In this document: positions 9,939-18,775 of the stretch, one piece after another
How positions within the stretch are numbered: the stretch's first letter is position 1
How the letters are laid out: each line of letters opens with the position of its first letter
NCBI RefSeq assembly: GCF_003324675.1
Contig: NZ_CP030918.1
Coordinates: 2,340,001-2,372,000 of the forward strand
DNA length: 32,000 bases
Origin: Paracoccus suum
Lineage (GTDB): Bacteria; Pseudomonadota; Alphaproteobacteria; Rhodobacterales; Rhodobacteraceae
Direction: 5' to 3'
Position numbers and translations under genes: made by a program
The notes under the pieces: model-generated
Told to the model about the DNA's origin: nothing
Database searches by the model: none
The model's input: the letters and a program-made list of their open reading frames with translations, nothing else

Positions 9939-10887
9939 CTGGGCCGAGCAGGCCGAGCGCTTTGGACTGATCTTTGTCTGGATTGTGGTGATCCTGCTGT
10001 TCGGGGCCTTGCGGCCCGACTCCTTCCTTACGTGGTCCAACTTTTCGACCATCCTCGGCTCGGAAGCCGTTCTGGTGATCGTCACGCTAGGCCTGATCGT
10101 GCCGCTGACCGCGGGGGATTTCGACCTGTCCATCGCGCAGAACCTGACGCTGGTTTCGATGCTGACCGCTATCCTGAACGCGCGGATGGGCCTGCCAATC
10201 GGCGAGGTCATTCCGCTGATGTTGCTGGTGGGGGCCGCCATCGGCGCGATCAATGCGGCGATCATCCTTTATTTTCGGGTCCATTCGCTGATCGTGACAT
10301 TGGGCATGGGTACGTTCCTGCACGGCGTCACGCTATGGGTCAGCGATTCCCAGACCATCGGAGGCCTGTCACCCGCGCTGTTGAAATACGTCATCATCAA
10401 CCGTCTGTTCGGCATTCCTTTCAGCTTCTACTATGCGCTGCTGCTGGCGCTGGGCGTCTGGTACATGCTCGGCTACACCGCGTTGGGCCAGCAGCTGCTG
10501 TTCACGGGTCGCGGACGTGAAATTGCGCGGCTCAGCGGTGTGCCGGTAGGCAGGGTCCGGCTGATGGCGCTGGTAATATCCGGCGTGTTGGGCGCGATCG
10601 CGGGCATCCTCTACGCGGGCACGACGGGGTCGGCCAATCCCAGTTCCGGGACCGCGCTGCTGCTGCCCGCCTTCGCCGCCGCTTTCCTGGGTGCGACATG
10701 CATCAAGCCCGGCAGGTTCAACGCACTGGGTTCGGTGGTAGCGGTCTATTTCCTGGTGACCGGGATCAACGGGCTATCCGTAGTGGGCTTTCAGACCTTC
10801 GTCCAGGATCTGTTTTACGGCGGTGCATTGATCCTCGCGGTCATCATTTCGCAACTCGTCAGTGGACGGAAAGAGAGGGCGCTATGA
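9925..10887 (+). CDS. ABC transporter permease (RbsC/BPD_transp_2 type)
   Basis: The start MTRSDWAEQAERFGLIFVWIVVILLF overlaps the ATPase stop. The product is multi-pass and hydrophobic. The loop TGRGREIARLSGVPVGRVRLMALVISGVLGAIAGILYAG matches the conserved ribose-type permease loop. Confidence 0.85.
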   Translation: MTRSDWAEQAERFGLIFVWIVVILLFGALRPDSFLTWSNFSTILGSEAVLVIVTLGLIVPLTAGDFDLSIAQNLTLVSMLTAILNARMGLPIGEVIPLMLLVGAAIGAINAAIILYFRVHSLIVTLGMGTFLHGVTLWVSDSQTIGGLSPALLKYVIINRLFGIPFSFYYALLLALGVWYMLGYTALGQQLLFTGRGREIARLSGVPVGRVRLMALVISGVLGAIAGILYAGTTGSANPSSGTALLLPAFAAAFLGATCIKPGRFNALGSVVAVYFLVTGINGLSVVGFQTFVQDLFYGGALILAVIISQLVSGRKERAL

Positions 10888-12137
10888 CTGCTGCGGAGGG
10901 TTCGCCCGCGCCGCTCCGTGTCAACGGTGGGCGGCTGTGGAAGCGTCACATGGACATCGCGCGGATCGGGGCAATCGCGGGCGACGGCTGCTGCCGGCTG
11001 GCCATGACGCCCGAGGATGCCGAGGCGCGGCGGTTGCTCGCCGAGTGGGGCCGCGCGGCGAACATGGAGATGCGCGTCGACAGGGCCGGGAACATGATTT
11101 TTCTGCGGCCCGGCGCGGATCCCGCGCGCCTGCCTGTGGCTTCGGGCAGTCACCTCGACACCCAACCGCATGGCGGAAGGTTCGACGGGATTTCCGGCGT
11201 TCTCGCCGCGCTCGAGGTGGTCGAGACCCTGAACGACGCGGGAATCGAAACCGTTGCCCCGCTCGCGGTCGTCAACTGGACCAATGAAGAGGGGGTGCGC
11301 TTTGCCCCCGGTCTGACCGGATCGGGGTGGTATGCCGGATTTCTCGACGATGGCGCGCTGGACAATGCGCCGACGCTGGAAGGCTCATGCTTTGCCGAGG
11401 AGGCTGAGCGGCTCGGCTGGCGCGGCGCGGACGGGCCCGCCGCGGTCCGGTTCGATTCATTCTTCGAGCTGCATATCGAGCAAGGGCCCATCCTCGAACA
11501 GGCTGGCCGCCGCATCGGCGTGGTCGAATCGATCCAGGGTCTGGTCTGGCTGGACGTCGAGGTCCGCGGACGCGATGGTCACGCTGGCACGACGCCGATG
11601 GATAGTCGGAGCGACGCGCTGCTGGCGTCTGCGCGGATGTTGGTCGCGCTGTCGGAGATTGGCCGGGCGCAGCCCGATGCACGCGTCAGCGTTGGCCAAT
11701 TCCTACCGGGAACCGATGGCCCGTCGACCATCATGGGCGATGTGCGTTTCGTCATCGATGTCCGTCATCCCGATCCGGCAACCTTGTCGCTCCTCGCCCG
11801 CCGCTGCTCGGAGGCGTGCGTCGTCGAGGCGCGTACGGCGGGTTGTGAGGCCACCGTCGAACAGCGCGTCGAGATCTCCCCCACGCGGCTGGATGCGAAC
11901 TGCGTCAGCGCGGTTGAAAACGCCGCGGCCCTGTTGGGCGAAAGCGCTATGCGAATGGCCAGCGGCGCCTTGCACGATACCTGCAACATTGCCGAGGGCA
12001 CGCCCGCTGCGATGATCTTCGTGCCGTGCCGCGATGGCATCAGCCATAATGTCGCGGAATATGCCTCGCCAGAGGATCTCGCGGCGGGAGCGTCGGTGCT
12101 GCTTCATGCAATGCTGGCAAGGGCGGGCACCGCATGA
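10884..12137 (+). CDS. M20-family amidohydrolase (N-carbamoyl-L-amino-acid hydrolase / allantoate amidohydrolase type)
   Basis: The ATG at 10884 overlaps the permease stop (ATGA). It carries the blocks GSHLDTQPHGGRFDGISGVLAALEV, VNWTNEEGVRF, FELHIEQGPILE, GHAGTTPM and SGALHDT. Length is about 417 aa. Confidence 0.85.
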   Translation: MTAAEGSPAPLRVNGGRLWKRHMDIARIGAIAGDGCCRLAMTPEDAEARRLLAEWGRAANMEMRVDRAGNMIFLRPGADPARLPVASGSHLDTQPHGGRFDGISGVLAALEVVETLNDAGIETVAPLAVVNWTNEEGVRFAPGLTGSGWYAGFLDDGALDNAPTLEGSCFAEEAERLGWRGADGPAAVRFDSFFELHIEQGPILEQAGRRIGVVESIQGLVWLDVEVRGRDGHAGTTPMDSRSDALLASARMLVALSEIGRAQPDARVSVGQFLPGTDGPSTIMGDVRFVIDVRHPDPATLSLLARRCSEACVVEARTAGCEATVEQRVEISPTRLDANCVSAVENAAALLGESAMRMASGALHDTCNIAEGTPAAMIFVPCRDGISHNVAEYASPEDLAAGASVLLHAMLARAGTA

Positions 12138-12391
12138 GGGTATGCAGCCGCGATGGAGTGGTGGAGAAAACTTCGTCGTCGCAAGCATGGCGAAGAAGAT
12201 CACATTACAGCGGGCTACTGCGGTTTGGCAGCGGGGCGTATCGGTAATGCCGCGAGAGAGAGAGCTCGTGTTGATCTAACCGCGACTAAGATACCTGTCC
12301 CATCGGCTTGAGCAGCCCCCCGTGACCGCGCTGTTAGGAGGGATACTACGCCAGTTGGCTCGCTACTCTCTCAGCTGACAGCCCCGAGCTT

Positions 12392-12416
12392 AAAAACGGC
12401 GCCCACGCGGGGCGCC
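12392..12416 (-). terminator. Rho-independent terminator downstream of the PotD/F-like gene
   Basis: On the minus strand a GGCGCCCC/GGGCGCC stem with a 4-nt loop is followed by GTTTTT (plus strand AAAAACGGCGCCCACGCGGGGCGCC). It lies about 27 nt after the stop at 12443. Confidence 0.55.
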
Positions 12417-12442
12417 ATTTCAATTGCCATCCTCAGTTCCAT

Positions 12443-13537
12443 TCATCCCGCCAGCCACGAATTGAAACGTTCGGTCAATTCGCTGTCGTGATCTGCCCAG
12501 AACTCGTTGCTGGAGGGAAGGGCTTCCTTCAGATTCACTTCGCTGGTGGGCAGGTTGGGCATCATTTCGGTCTTGTCGTCCTTGTAAGTCGTAACAAGGG
12601 CGGCGGCCGATTTGCGGGTGGGGCCATAGCTGATGTAGCGGGTCAGGTTGGCCATCGACTGAGGCTCGGTGGCAAAATTGATGAATTTCTTGGCAAGTTC
12701 GACGTTCGGGGCACCTTTCGGAATGACGATCCCCTCGAACTCGTAGACCTCTCCCTGCCAGATGATCTTGAAGGGTTTGGCTTCGTTGATCATCGCATCG
12801 AAAATGCGCCCGTTATAGGAGGTGGTCATGGTGACCTCGCCGTCTGCCAACAGCTGTGGCGGCTGCGCGCCGGCCTCCCACCAGACCGCACTGGGCTTGA
12901 TGGTGTCGAGCTTCCTAAAGGCCCTGTCGATGCCTTCCGGCGTCTCCAGCGTTGCGTAGACGTCCGCCGGGGGGACGCCGTCCGCCATCAGCGCGAGTTC
13001 AAGGTTGACCTTCGGGCTCTTTCTCAGGCCACGCTTGCCGGGATATTTCTCGAGATCAAAGAAGTCCGCGACGGTGGAGGGCTCGCCATTCGGAAACTTG
13101 GTGGTGTCATAGCCGATGATCGTGGCCGAGACGTCGCTAGCCACGAAGCAATCACTGATCGTCCCCTCCAGAAAATCCTTCTCCGGCGGCGTGCCGTCAG
13201 CGCCGGGCGCAAAGATCGCCATGTCCATCGGCTCGAGCAGGCCCTGGTCGCACAGGCTGATCGCATCCGCGTATTCCACGGTCGCAGCGTCGGTCATGAC
13301 GTTACCGGCCTCGACCTCGGCCTTGATCGGTGTCGCCGGGTTGTCGACGTCGATCATGTTGACCTTTATCCCGGTCGCCTCTTGGAAACGCTGGACGTAG
13401 GCCTGTTTTTGCGCGGCGCTGTAGGCGCCGCCCCAGGATCTGAAGTTGATCGTGTTTTCTTCTGCCGTCGCCATGTTGGCGAGCGCGAAAGACGCAACCG
13501 TGGTCAGTATCGCCCTCAGCACAGAGATATCCTCCAT
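12443..13537 (-). CDS. Extracellular solute-binding protein, PotD/PotF (polyamine-type) family. It is an orphan with no cognate permease or ATPase nearby.
   Basis: The signal peptide is MEDISVLRAILTTVASFALANMATA. The body shows ...NFRSWGGAYSAAQKQAYVQRFQEATGIKVNM... and ...WWEAGAQPPQLLADGEVTMTTSYNGRI..., which is typical of family-1 PotD/F-like binding proteins. Confidence 0.8.
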   Translation of the reverse strand: MEDISVLRAILTTVASFALANMATAEENTINFRSWGGAYSAAQKQAYVQRFQEATGIKVNMIDVDNPATPIKAEVEAGNVMTDAATVEYADAISLCDQGLLEPMDMAIFAPGADGTPPEKDFLEGTISDCFVASDVSATIIGYDTTKFPNGEPSTVADFFDLEKYPGKRGLRKSPKVNLELALMADGVPPADVYATLETPEGIDRAFRKLDTIKPSAVWWEAGAQPPQLLADGEVTMTTSYNGRIFDAMINEAKPFKIIWQGEVYEFEGIVIPKGAPNVELAKKFINFATEPQSMANLTRYISYGPTRKSAAALVTTYKDDKTEMMPNLPTSEVNLKEALPSSNEFWADHDSELTERFNSWLAG

Positions 13538-13883
13538 CCGCTACGAAAATTGGTGGATCACATATCTTGATATCTTGAGATTAGAGAGAGTTGCATAAGG
13601 CGCGCAAGCAGAATTGACGTGCAGGTGGCGGGGAGACGCCGGCGTCGAAAAGTTGCCAGGATTGTCCGACGCGGACGCGGCTCTGAAACGCAGAATCGCT
13701 GCCGGGACCAGCAAAGCTGCCCCTGCCAGCCGATGGATGTGTGGCATCAGCGCAGGTGTCCGCGCGACGGGCACTTGCCGTGAGCTATCAATGGCGTCGA
13801 GGTTGCGGCACAGTCCCCTCGAGGCCTCACCAGTTTTTTTGCGATATCTTCCTAAGCCGCCCGACACGCCAGGTGCGTGCAAC

Positions 13884-14537
13884 TCACTTTATTTCCCGAA
13901 CATCCTTGCGGCGCATCCAGGCGAGATAATTGGGCGCAATCCAGCGGGCAAAGCGGTGCAGGGGAAGGGGCTGTGGCTCTGACAGCGGCAGCGCCAGCGT
14001 GTCTAGGGCGGTGCCCGATACCGCACGCGCCATTTCGCGTCCCAGCGCGACGCCTAACGCGACCCCGCGACCATTGCAGCCGATCCAGGTCCACGCGTCG
14101 GGTCCCAGCTTGTGGATCCGCGGAAAGCGGTCCCAGGTCATTCCGACATAGCCCGACCAGACGTGGCTCATCCGCTGAACGCCAAGCTCGGGATATGCCT
14201 CGGCCAAGGTCGAGGCGGCCTTTTGTGCAACCCGGCGGGCCATGTCCCGGTGTCCCATTACGACACCACCCGTGACCAGTCGGTTGCGGGCGTCGTAGCG
14301 GAAGAATCGCAGGTCGCCGCGCGTGTCTGACACCGCTTGCCGTCCAGGCAGCACATGGCGGCGAAGGTTATCGCCGATGGGATCAGTCGACATCTGCCAC
14401 GACAGCACCGGTACAACAGTCCGTGCGAGTCGGCGTGCCAGTTGCGGGACCAGCTCGCCGGTGTAGGTACCCGTGGCGAGGATCATGTGGCGCGCGCGCA
14501 CGTGGTGACCATCGAGGGTGCTGACGACCCAACGCGG
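13884..14537 (-). pseudogene. 5'-truncated FAD-dependent (DAO-family, PuuB/OrdL-like) oxidoreductase
   Basis: The open frame reads RWVVSTLDGHHVRARHMILATGTYTGELVP...WIGCNGRGVALGVALGREMA..., which is the C-terminal two thirds of a DAO-family enzyme. An in-frame TGA at 14538-14540 cuts it off, and no GxGxxG FAD-binding N-terminus lies upstream. Confidence 0.65.
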
Positions 14538-14540
14538 TCA

Positions 14541-15236
14541 ACCATCCGGCGATGGTGCTGGCAAACAAGTTTGACCGGCTGGATGCGGACCTGATTGAGC
14601 AGGCACTCGACGCCGTGAGTGACGGGCCATCAACGAAGCTGTCTCGGACCCGTAGAAATTCCGTCAGTTGTGCCCGGACGGAGTCTCCGGAGCCATGATC
14701 CTCACAGCCCTTTCTTTGATAGGAGACCACTCCGTGACCGAAACGAAAGCCTTGATCGTGCTCCTTGCCCTCGTCCCGGTCGCGGCCATGTCCGCCGGCA
14801 TCATCAAACAGGCCATCGCAAACGCCCAGGACGGGGCGATCGCATTGGTGGCAACGCTGGTCGTCGGAATCGACGCGCGGACCAAGGCCGCCCTGGCCAA
14901 GTCGGCCCAGGATCGGACTGACGGACAAGCCCGCCATCGAGGCAGACCGGCTGCTGGACAAGATCGACCGCGGCCACCTTTAGAAGGTGGTGGATAACGT
15001 GCTGTCGGCCAACGTCGATCGCGTCGCCGCGACGCTCGTCCTGCAGCCAAAGGTTGCCGCTGACCATTCATCGAGGACTTCCATGCCGACCTGCGGGCGC
15101 GCAATCCCGCCCTTGCTAGGCGTCTGCCGATTGGCCCCGAGGACGTGAAGAAGCTGATCGCGTCGGGCGTCGGCCGGACGTGCTGGCGGCCGCGCTGCGC
15201 GAGGCGGGCGTGAAGGGCGTGCTGGATCGGGTGTAG
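14541..15236 (+). other. Multiply frameshifted coding remnant of unknown function
   Basis: Protein-like strings switch frame several times. They read PAMVLANKFDRLDADLIEQALDAV..., then ...TETKALIVLLALVPVAAMSAGIIKQAIANAQDGAIALVATLVVGIDARTKAALAKSAQD, then ..DKPAIEADRLLDKIDRGHL*, then ..FIEDFHADLRARNPALARRLPIGPEDVKKLIASG, then RPDVLAAALREAGVKGVLDRV*. I recognise no family. Confidence 0.3.
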
Positions 15237-15275
15237 GGGCACGCGCCCCGACCCGCGCCGTAAGGCCCACTGTCG

Positions 15276-15298
15276 AGCCCCGGCCCTGCGCCGGGGCT
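15276..15298 (+). terminator. Terminator-like hairpin after the decayed remnant
   Basis: AGCCCCGGC-CCTGC-GCCGGGGCT forms a 9-bp stem and is followed by TGGCGTTTCC, which is a weak T tract. Confidence 0.35.
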
Positions 15299-15557
15299 TG
15301 GCGTTTCCGCTGTCGGGACGGCCGGTCAGGACCCCAAAAAATGGGGAACAATACGGGAATAGCCCCCCTGAAACCCTTATAATCGTGAATTTTTCAGGGA
15401 AAATGGCGGAGGGGGTGGGTCTGGCGTCGAACGTTCTCTGACGCCCAAGGCTCTGTATAAAAAGCAAAAAATCAACATCAGATGGTTGAGCCTCCGCGAG
15501 CGCGTCCCATTCCGGAAGATGTCGCGGCACATGAACAGAATTCCGTCGCCATCTTGA

Positions 15558-16313
15558 TCATCCCTGCGGACTGGATGACGCCGCCTCCGAATATTCGTTG
15601 CGGTCGGTGAGTTTTGCGGCCGGTCCGATGTCGCTGGAGACGATACGGCCATCCTCGAGCGTGAGGATGCAGTCGGCACGGTCGAGGATGCGGTTGTCGT
15701 GGGTGACCAGAAGGGTCGTTGTGCCCCGCGCCGCGGCGAGACGCTTGAGAAGATCGATCACATCGGCGGCGCTGTCCTTGTCCAACGCTGCTGTTGGCTC
15801 GTCCGCCAGCACCATCGCAGGGTTGCCAACCAGCGCACGGGCCACCGCGACGCGCTGCTTCTGCCCGCCCGACAGGTTCGCGGGCAGGTAGTGCAGTCGG
15901 TCGGACAGCCCAACCAGATCGAGAGCACGGGCCGCTGCTTGCCGGGCCAGACCATCCGGCACGCCGGGGCGGACCTGTACCCCCATGATGACGTTCTGCA
16001 ACGCCGTGAGGCTTTCATGCAGATTGTGCGCCTGGAAGATGAACCCCAGCCGCTGGCGCAGCAGGGTCAGCTCTGCCTCGGGCGCATCGCGCAACTCGTG
16101 CCCCATGAGCCGCACCGACCCGTCTTCCACGCCGCGCAGACATCCGGCCAGTGTCAGCAGCGTGGTCTTGCCAGAGCCCGACGGCCCCATCAGCACGGTA
16201 AAGCTGCCACGCTCCAGCGTCATGTCGATGTCGAACAAGGCCTGTTTGCGCGCGTCGCCGCTGCCGAACCAGTGGTTCAGGCCGCGTATGTCGAGGACGG
16301 TCTCGTTGCTCAT
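15558..16313 (-). CDS. devA: DevA-type ABC exporter ATP-binding protein
   Basis: It carries Walker A GPSGSGKTT, signature LSGGQKQRVAVARAL and Walker B VLADEPTAALD. The N-terminal block LDIRGLNHWFGSGDARKQALFDIDMTLERGSF and the LHESLTALQNV block resemble DevA-family members. It is the third gene after the DevB and DevC homologues. Confidence 0.8.
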   Translation of the reverse strand: MSNETVLDIRGLNHWFGSGDARKQALFDIDMTLERGSFTVLMGPSGSGKTTLLTLAGCLRGVEDGSVRLMGHELRDAPEAELTLLRQRLGFIFQAHNLHESLTALQNVIMGVQVRPGVPDGLARQAAARALDLVGLSDRLHYLPANLSGGQKQRVAVARALVGNPAMVLADEPTAALDKDSAADVIDLLKRLAAARGTTTLLVTHDNRILDRADCILTLEDGRIVSSDIGPAAKLTDRNEYSEAASSSPQG

Positions 16314-16325
16314 GCCTGTGGCTCC

Positions 16326-17498
16326 TCAGAACAGGTCGGCCGGGTCGGCCGCGGACAGCTTGCGCGTGGCAATCACCCCCGAGAGCACTGAGAAGACGAC
16401 CGTGCCTGCGAAGACCATGAGCGCCATAGCGGGCGTCATCGACAACGGCAGGGTGGTGATTGCGCCCATGAGCGTCAGAATCGCTGTGCCCACCACAAGC
16501 CCGGGCAGAAAGCCCAGAAGGCCGAGCACCAGCGCCTCCTCGACGACGATGCCGAGGAAGAAGCGCGGCCCGTAGCCCATGGCCTTGAAGGTCGCGTATT
16601 CGCGCAGGTGGTCGGCCACGTCCGCCGACAGGACCTGGTAGACGATCACGAGCCCGACCAGAACGCCGATCAGCACGCCGAAACCAAAGATCACGCCCGT
16701 GGGCCGCTGCGTCTGCTGATAGCGCAGATCCTCCTGCGCGGCTTCGGCGTAGCTGCGGATGCGCAGGCTGTCCTCGGAAATCAGCCCAGCCAGCCGCGCG
16801 ATGACAGCGTCCGCATCTGCACCAGGCCGCAGGCGCAGCAGGATATGGTCCGGCGCGGCCGAACTGCGCGCAGGAAAGAGCGAAAGGAAGGTCTGGTCCG
16901 ACACGAACATGTAGCCGTCGCCCCCGAAGCCGCCGCCGCCCGCGAAGGTGTCGAGCGCAGTGAGCGTGCGGCCTTGCGTCTCGAAGGACAGGGGCGTCTG
17001 CGGGCGGATCGCGGCGGCCTCGTCGCGCGGCAGGCCGCGCGCCAGCCGGTCGAGGATTGCGACGTCCTGCACCTGCAGCAACGCAAGATCGCCGGCGATC
17101 GCGGGCGACGCGAACCCCGGCTGGCCGGGGTCGATCCCGAAGGTGGTGAAGGTGATGTCGGTGTCGCCGCGATCCCAGGGCGCGTTGCCCACGAACAGCC
17201 CCATGCCGGCAACGACGTCGGGGGCCGCGAAGGCCTGCAGCATCCATTGCCGCGCCACGTTGCTGCCTTCGGCCAACGCGTTGGCGTCTGCGGCCGAGAT
17301 CATGATGTCGGCCTGGAAAAGCTCGTAGGGTTTCAGCGTCGCCGCGGCCATCGAGTTCATGATGCCGAGCTGCACGAAAACGAGGACATTGGCGAAGGCG
17401 ACGCCCGACAGGGCCGCCACGAACCGACCCCGCTTGTGGGTCAGTTGCAGCCAGCCGATCGGCAGCCGCCCGAAGATCCATTGCAGAAGACGGCTCAT
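16326..17498 (-). CDS. devC: DevC-type ABC exporter permease (FtsX-like)
   Basis: The N-terminus is MSRLLQWIFGRLPIGWLQLTHKRGRFVAALSGVAFANVLVFVQLG. It has a large periplasmic loop and a C-terminal FtsX block LREYATFKAMGYGPRFFLGIVVEEAL. Its start overlaps the devB stop (ATGA). Confidence 0.8.
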   Translation of the reverse strand: MSRLLQWIFGRLPIGWLQLTHKRGRFVAALSGVAFANVLVFVQLGIMNSMAAATLKPYELFQADIMISAADANALAEGSNVARQWMLQAFAAPDVVAGMGLFVGNAPWDRGDTDITFTTFGIDPGQPGFASPAIAGDLALLQVQDVAILDRLARGLPRDEAAAIRPQTPLSFETQGRTLTALDTFAGGGGFGGDGYMFVSDQTFLSLFPARSSAAPDHILLRLRPGADADAVIARLAGLISEDSLRIRSYAEAAQEDLRYQQTQRPTGVIFGFGVLIGVLVGLVIVYQVLSADVADHLREYATFKAMGYGPRFFLGIVVEEALVLGLLGFLPGLVVGTAILTLMGAITTLPLSMTPAMALMVFAGTVVFSVLSGVIATRKLSAADPADLF

Positions 17499-18724
17499 TG
17501 ACCGACCCGCGCAGGCGCGCCCGTGTCGATGCGGGCCACCGCCTCCAGCCCGACATAGCGCGCGGCAAGGCGCGAGGACGCGGGATCGAGCGCCACAAGC
17601 ACCCGGATCACGCGCGCGTCGGAATTTGCCGCGGCATCGTCCGAGATCAGTCCCTGCCGCCCGACGGTCAGGCCGATGCTTTCGACCGTGCCGCGCACGC
17701 CTTGCCCCAGTGCGGGGGCGGCAAGCTCGACCGGTTGGCCCGGCGCGACGGCAGCGACACGATCCTGCCAGACCTCGACTTCTGCCATCATGGCGCTTGT
17801 GTCGCCCATCTCCATGATGCCTTCGGCGGGCGGGCGCTGGCCGGGTGTCGCGTTGACCTCGAGGATCGTGCCGTCGACGGGCGCGCGCACCTCGGCCTGG
17901 GCCATGTCGGCGCGAGCACGCGCAAGCTCCGCCTGCGCGGCGTCCACGTTGCGTGCGGCCACGACGACATCGGGCTGGTCGTCCAGCGCCGTGCCAGTAA
18001 AGCGCGCCAGTGTCGCCTCGGCCCGTACGACGGCCAGACCGGCTTCCTCGGCCGCGGTGCGCGCCGCATCGAGCGTGGCCTCGGTGGCGACACCGCGCTC
18101 GGCCAGCCCCTCGGTCCGCGCGAGGTTCGCTTGCGCCTCGCGCGCGGTGGCGCGCGCCTGATCGAGGGTCGCCTGCGCCTCGGCCCGGCTCGCGGCGACG
18201 GCGCTGCGCGTCTGCGCGAGGGTCGCCTGCCGGACGGCGAGGGTTGCCTCCGCCGTCAGGACGGCGCTTTCCAGGGCCTGCATGTTGTCGAGCCGGGCCA
18301 GCATGTCGCCCCGGGACACGCGGTCGCCGACCGAGACGAGGATCTCGGCGACCCGTGCATCGCCCGCGCCGTAAGGGGCGGCGACGATGGCGACGTCGCC
18401 ACGGGGCATCAGGCGCGCCAAACCCACCACGTCAGACGGCAACAGGGTCTCGGCCATCTCCTCGGGCAGGTCGATCTCGGGAGGCAGCGCGATCGGGTTG
18501 TCGGCCCCGCCGCCGGGTTGCAGCCCGGTTAGGGCATAGAAGTTCTGCAGCCCCGGCGGCTGGTAATAGAGCCCGATCACTGCGCCCGAAAACATGAAGA
18601 CCGGGATCAGCAGGACCAACAGATAACGCTTGCGGAACCAGCGCCGGCGCCGCGCCGGGGCGGCGGCGTCGCCTGTGTCCCGGCCCAGGTCGAGCGGCAG
18701 GTCGGGGGTGTCGGGGGCGGTCAT
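17495..18724 (-). CDS. devB: DevB-type membrane fusion protein (HlyD family)
   Basis: It has a single N-terminal TM segment (YLLVLLIPVFMFSGAVIGLYY), a long Ala/Glu/Arg-rich coiled-coil region and a beta-barrel-like C-terminus (VRAPVDGTILEV...). It is the first gene of the B-C-A order. Confidence 0.8.
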   Translation of the reverse strand: MTAPDTPDLPLDLGRDTGDAAAPARRRRWFRKRYLLVLLIPVFMFSGAVIGLYYQPPGLQNFYALTGLQPGGGADNPIALPPEIDLPEEMAETLLPSDVVGLARLMPRGDVAIVAAPYGAGDARVAEILVSVGDRVSRGDMLARLDNMQALESAVLTAEATLAVRQATLAQTRSAVAASRAEAQATLDQARATAREAQANLARTEGLAERGVATEATLDAARTAAEEAGLAVVRAEATLARFTGTALDDQPDVVVAARNVDAAQAELARARADMAQAEVRAPVDGTILEVNATPGQRPPAEGIMEMGDTSAMMAEVEVWQDRVAAVAPGQPVELAAPALGQGVRGTVESIGLTVGRQGLISDDAAANSDARVIRVLVALDPASSRLAARYVGLEAVARIDTGAPARVGQ

Positions 18725-18747
18725 CTGTCTGATCCTTTCCGGTGGCA

Positions 18748-18769
18748 GGGGGCGCGCAGCGGCGCCCCC
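18748..18769 (-). terminator. GC-rich hairpin between the EF-hand gene and devB (terminator or attenuator candidate)
   Basis: GGGGGCGC-GCAGCG-GCGCCCCC forms an 8-bp perfect stem. It lies in the 51-nt gap between the stop at 18776 and the devB start at 18724. There is no clear U-tract. Confidence 0.4.
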
Positions 18770-18775
18770 GGATGA

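Noticed and set aside
8949-10265. A 438-aa minus-strand ORF. Similar long shadows are 8339-9196 (-), 4633-5604 (-), 24484-25818 (-), 28173-29234 (+), 23375-24154 (+), 25047-25865 (+) and 21233-22135 (-).
   Set aside because: All lie antisense or out of frame to genes with clear family motifs and have compositions typical of non-coding frames in GC-rich DNA.
12034-12279. An 81-aa plus-strand ORF downstream of the amidohydrolase.
   Set aside because: It overlaps the 3' end of the amidohydrolase out of frame. It has no Shine-Dalgarno sequence and no motif, and its composition is atypical.
12488-13570. A 360-aa plus-strand ORF.
   Set aside because: It is antisense to the PotD/F-like binding-protein gene. 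The product is Gly/Arg/Asp/Leu-rich with no signal or motif. The minus frame has a signal peptide, family blocks and a terminator.
15402-15452. A minus-strand string ...GGGCGTCAGAGAACGTTCGACGCCAGACCCACCCCCTCCGCCA that looks like a tRNA/tmRNA 3' end (GTTCGA plus terminal CCA), suggesting an att-site relic.
   Set aside because: Counting back from CCA, the T-loop-like GTTCGAC is misplaced by about 5 nt. The would-be T-stem does not pair, and no complementary 5' acceptor strand (GGAGGGG) exists within 90 nt. It is therefore not a tRNA or a clean tRNA fragment. At most it is a GGCGTC/GACGCC hairpin.
16015-17598. A 527-aa minus-strand ORF, the 297-aa plus ORF at 16608-17501 and the 230-aa plus ORF at 15699-16391.
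   Set aside because: These are alternative-frame or antisense shadows of devC and devA. The products are extremely Arg/Pro/Ala/Gly-rich. The accepted frames contain Walker and FtsX motifs and coupled start/stop junctions.
17498-18597. Plus-strand ORFs of 344 aa and 195 aa.
   Set aside because: They are antisense to devB and have low-complexity Arg/Gly/Pro composition.
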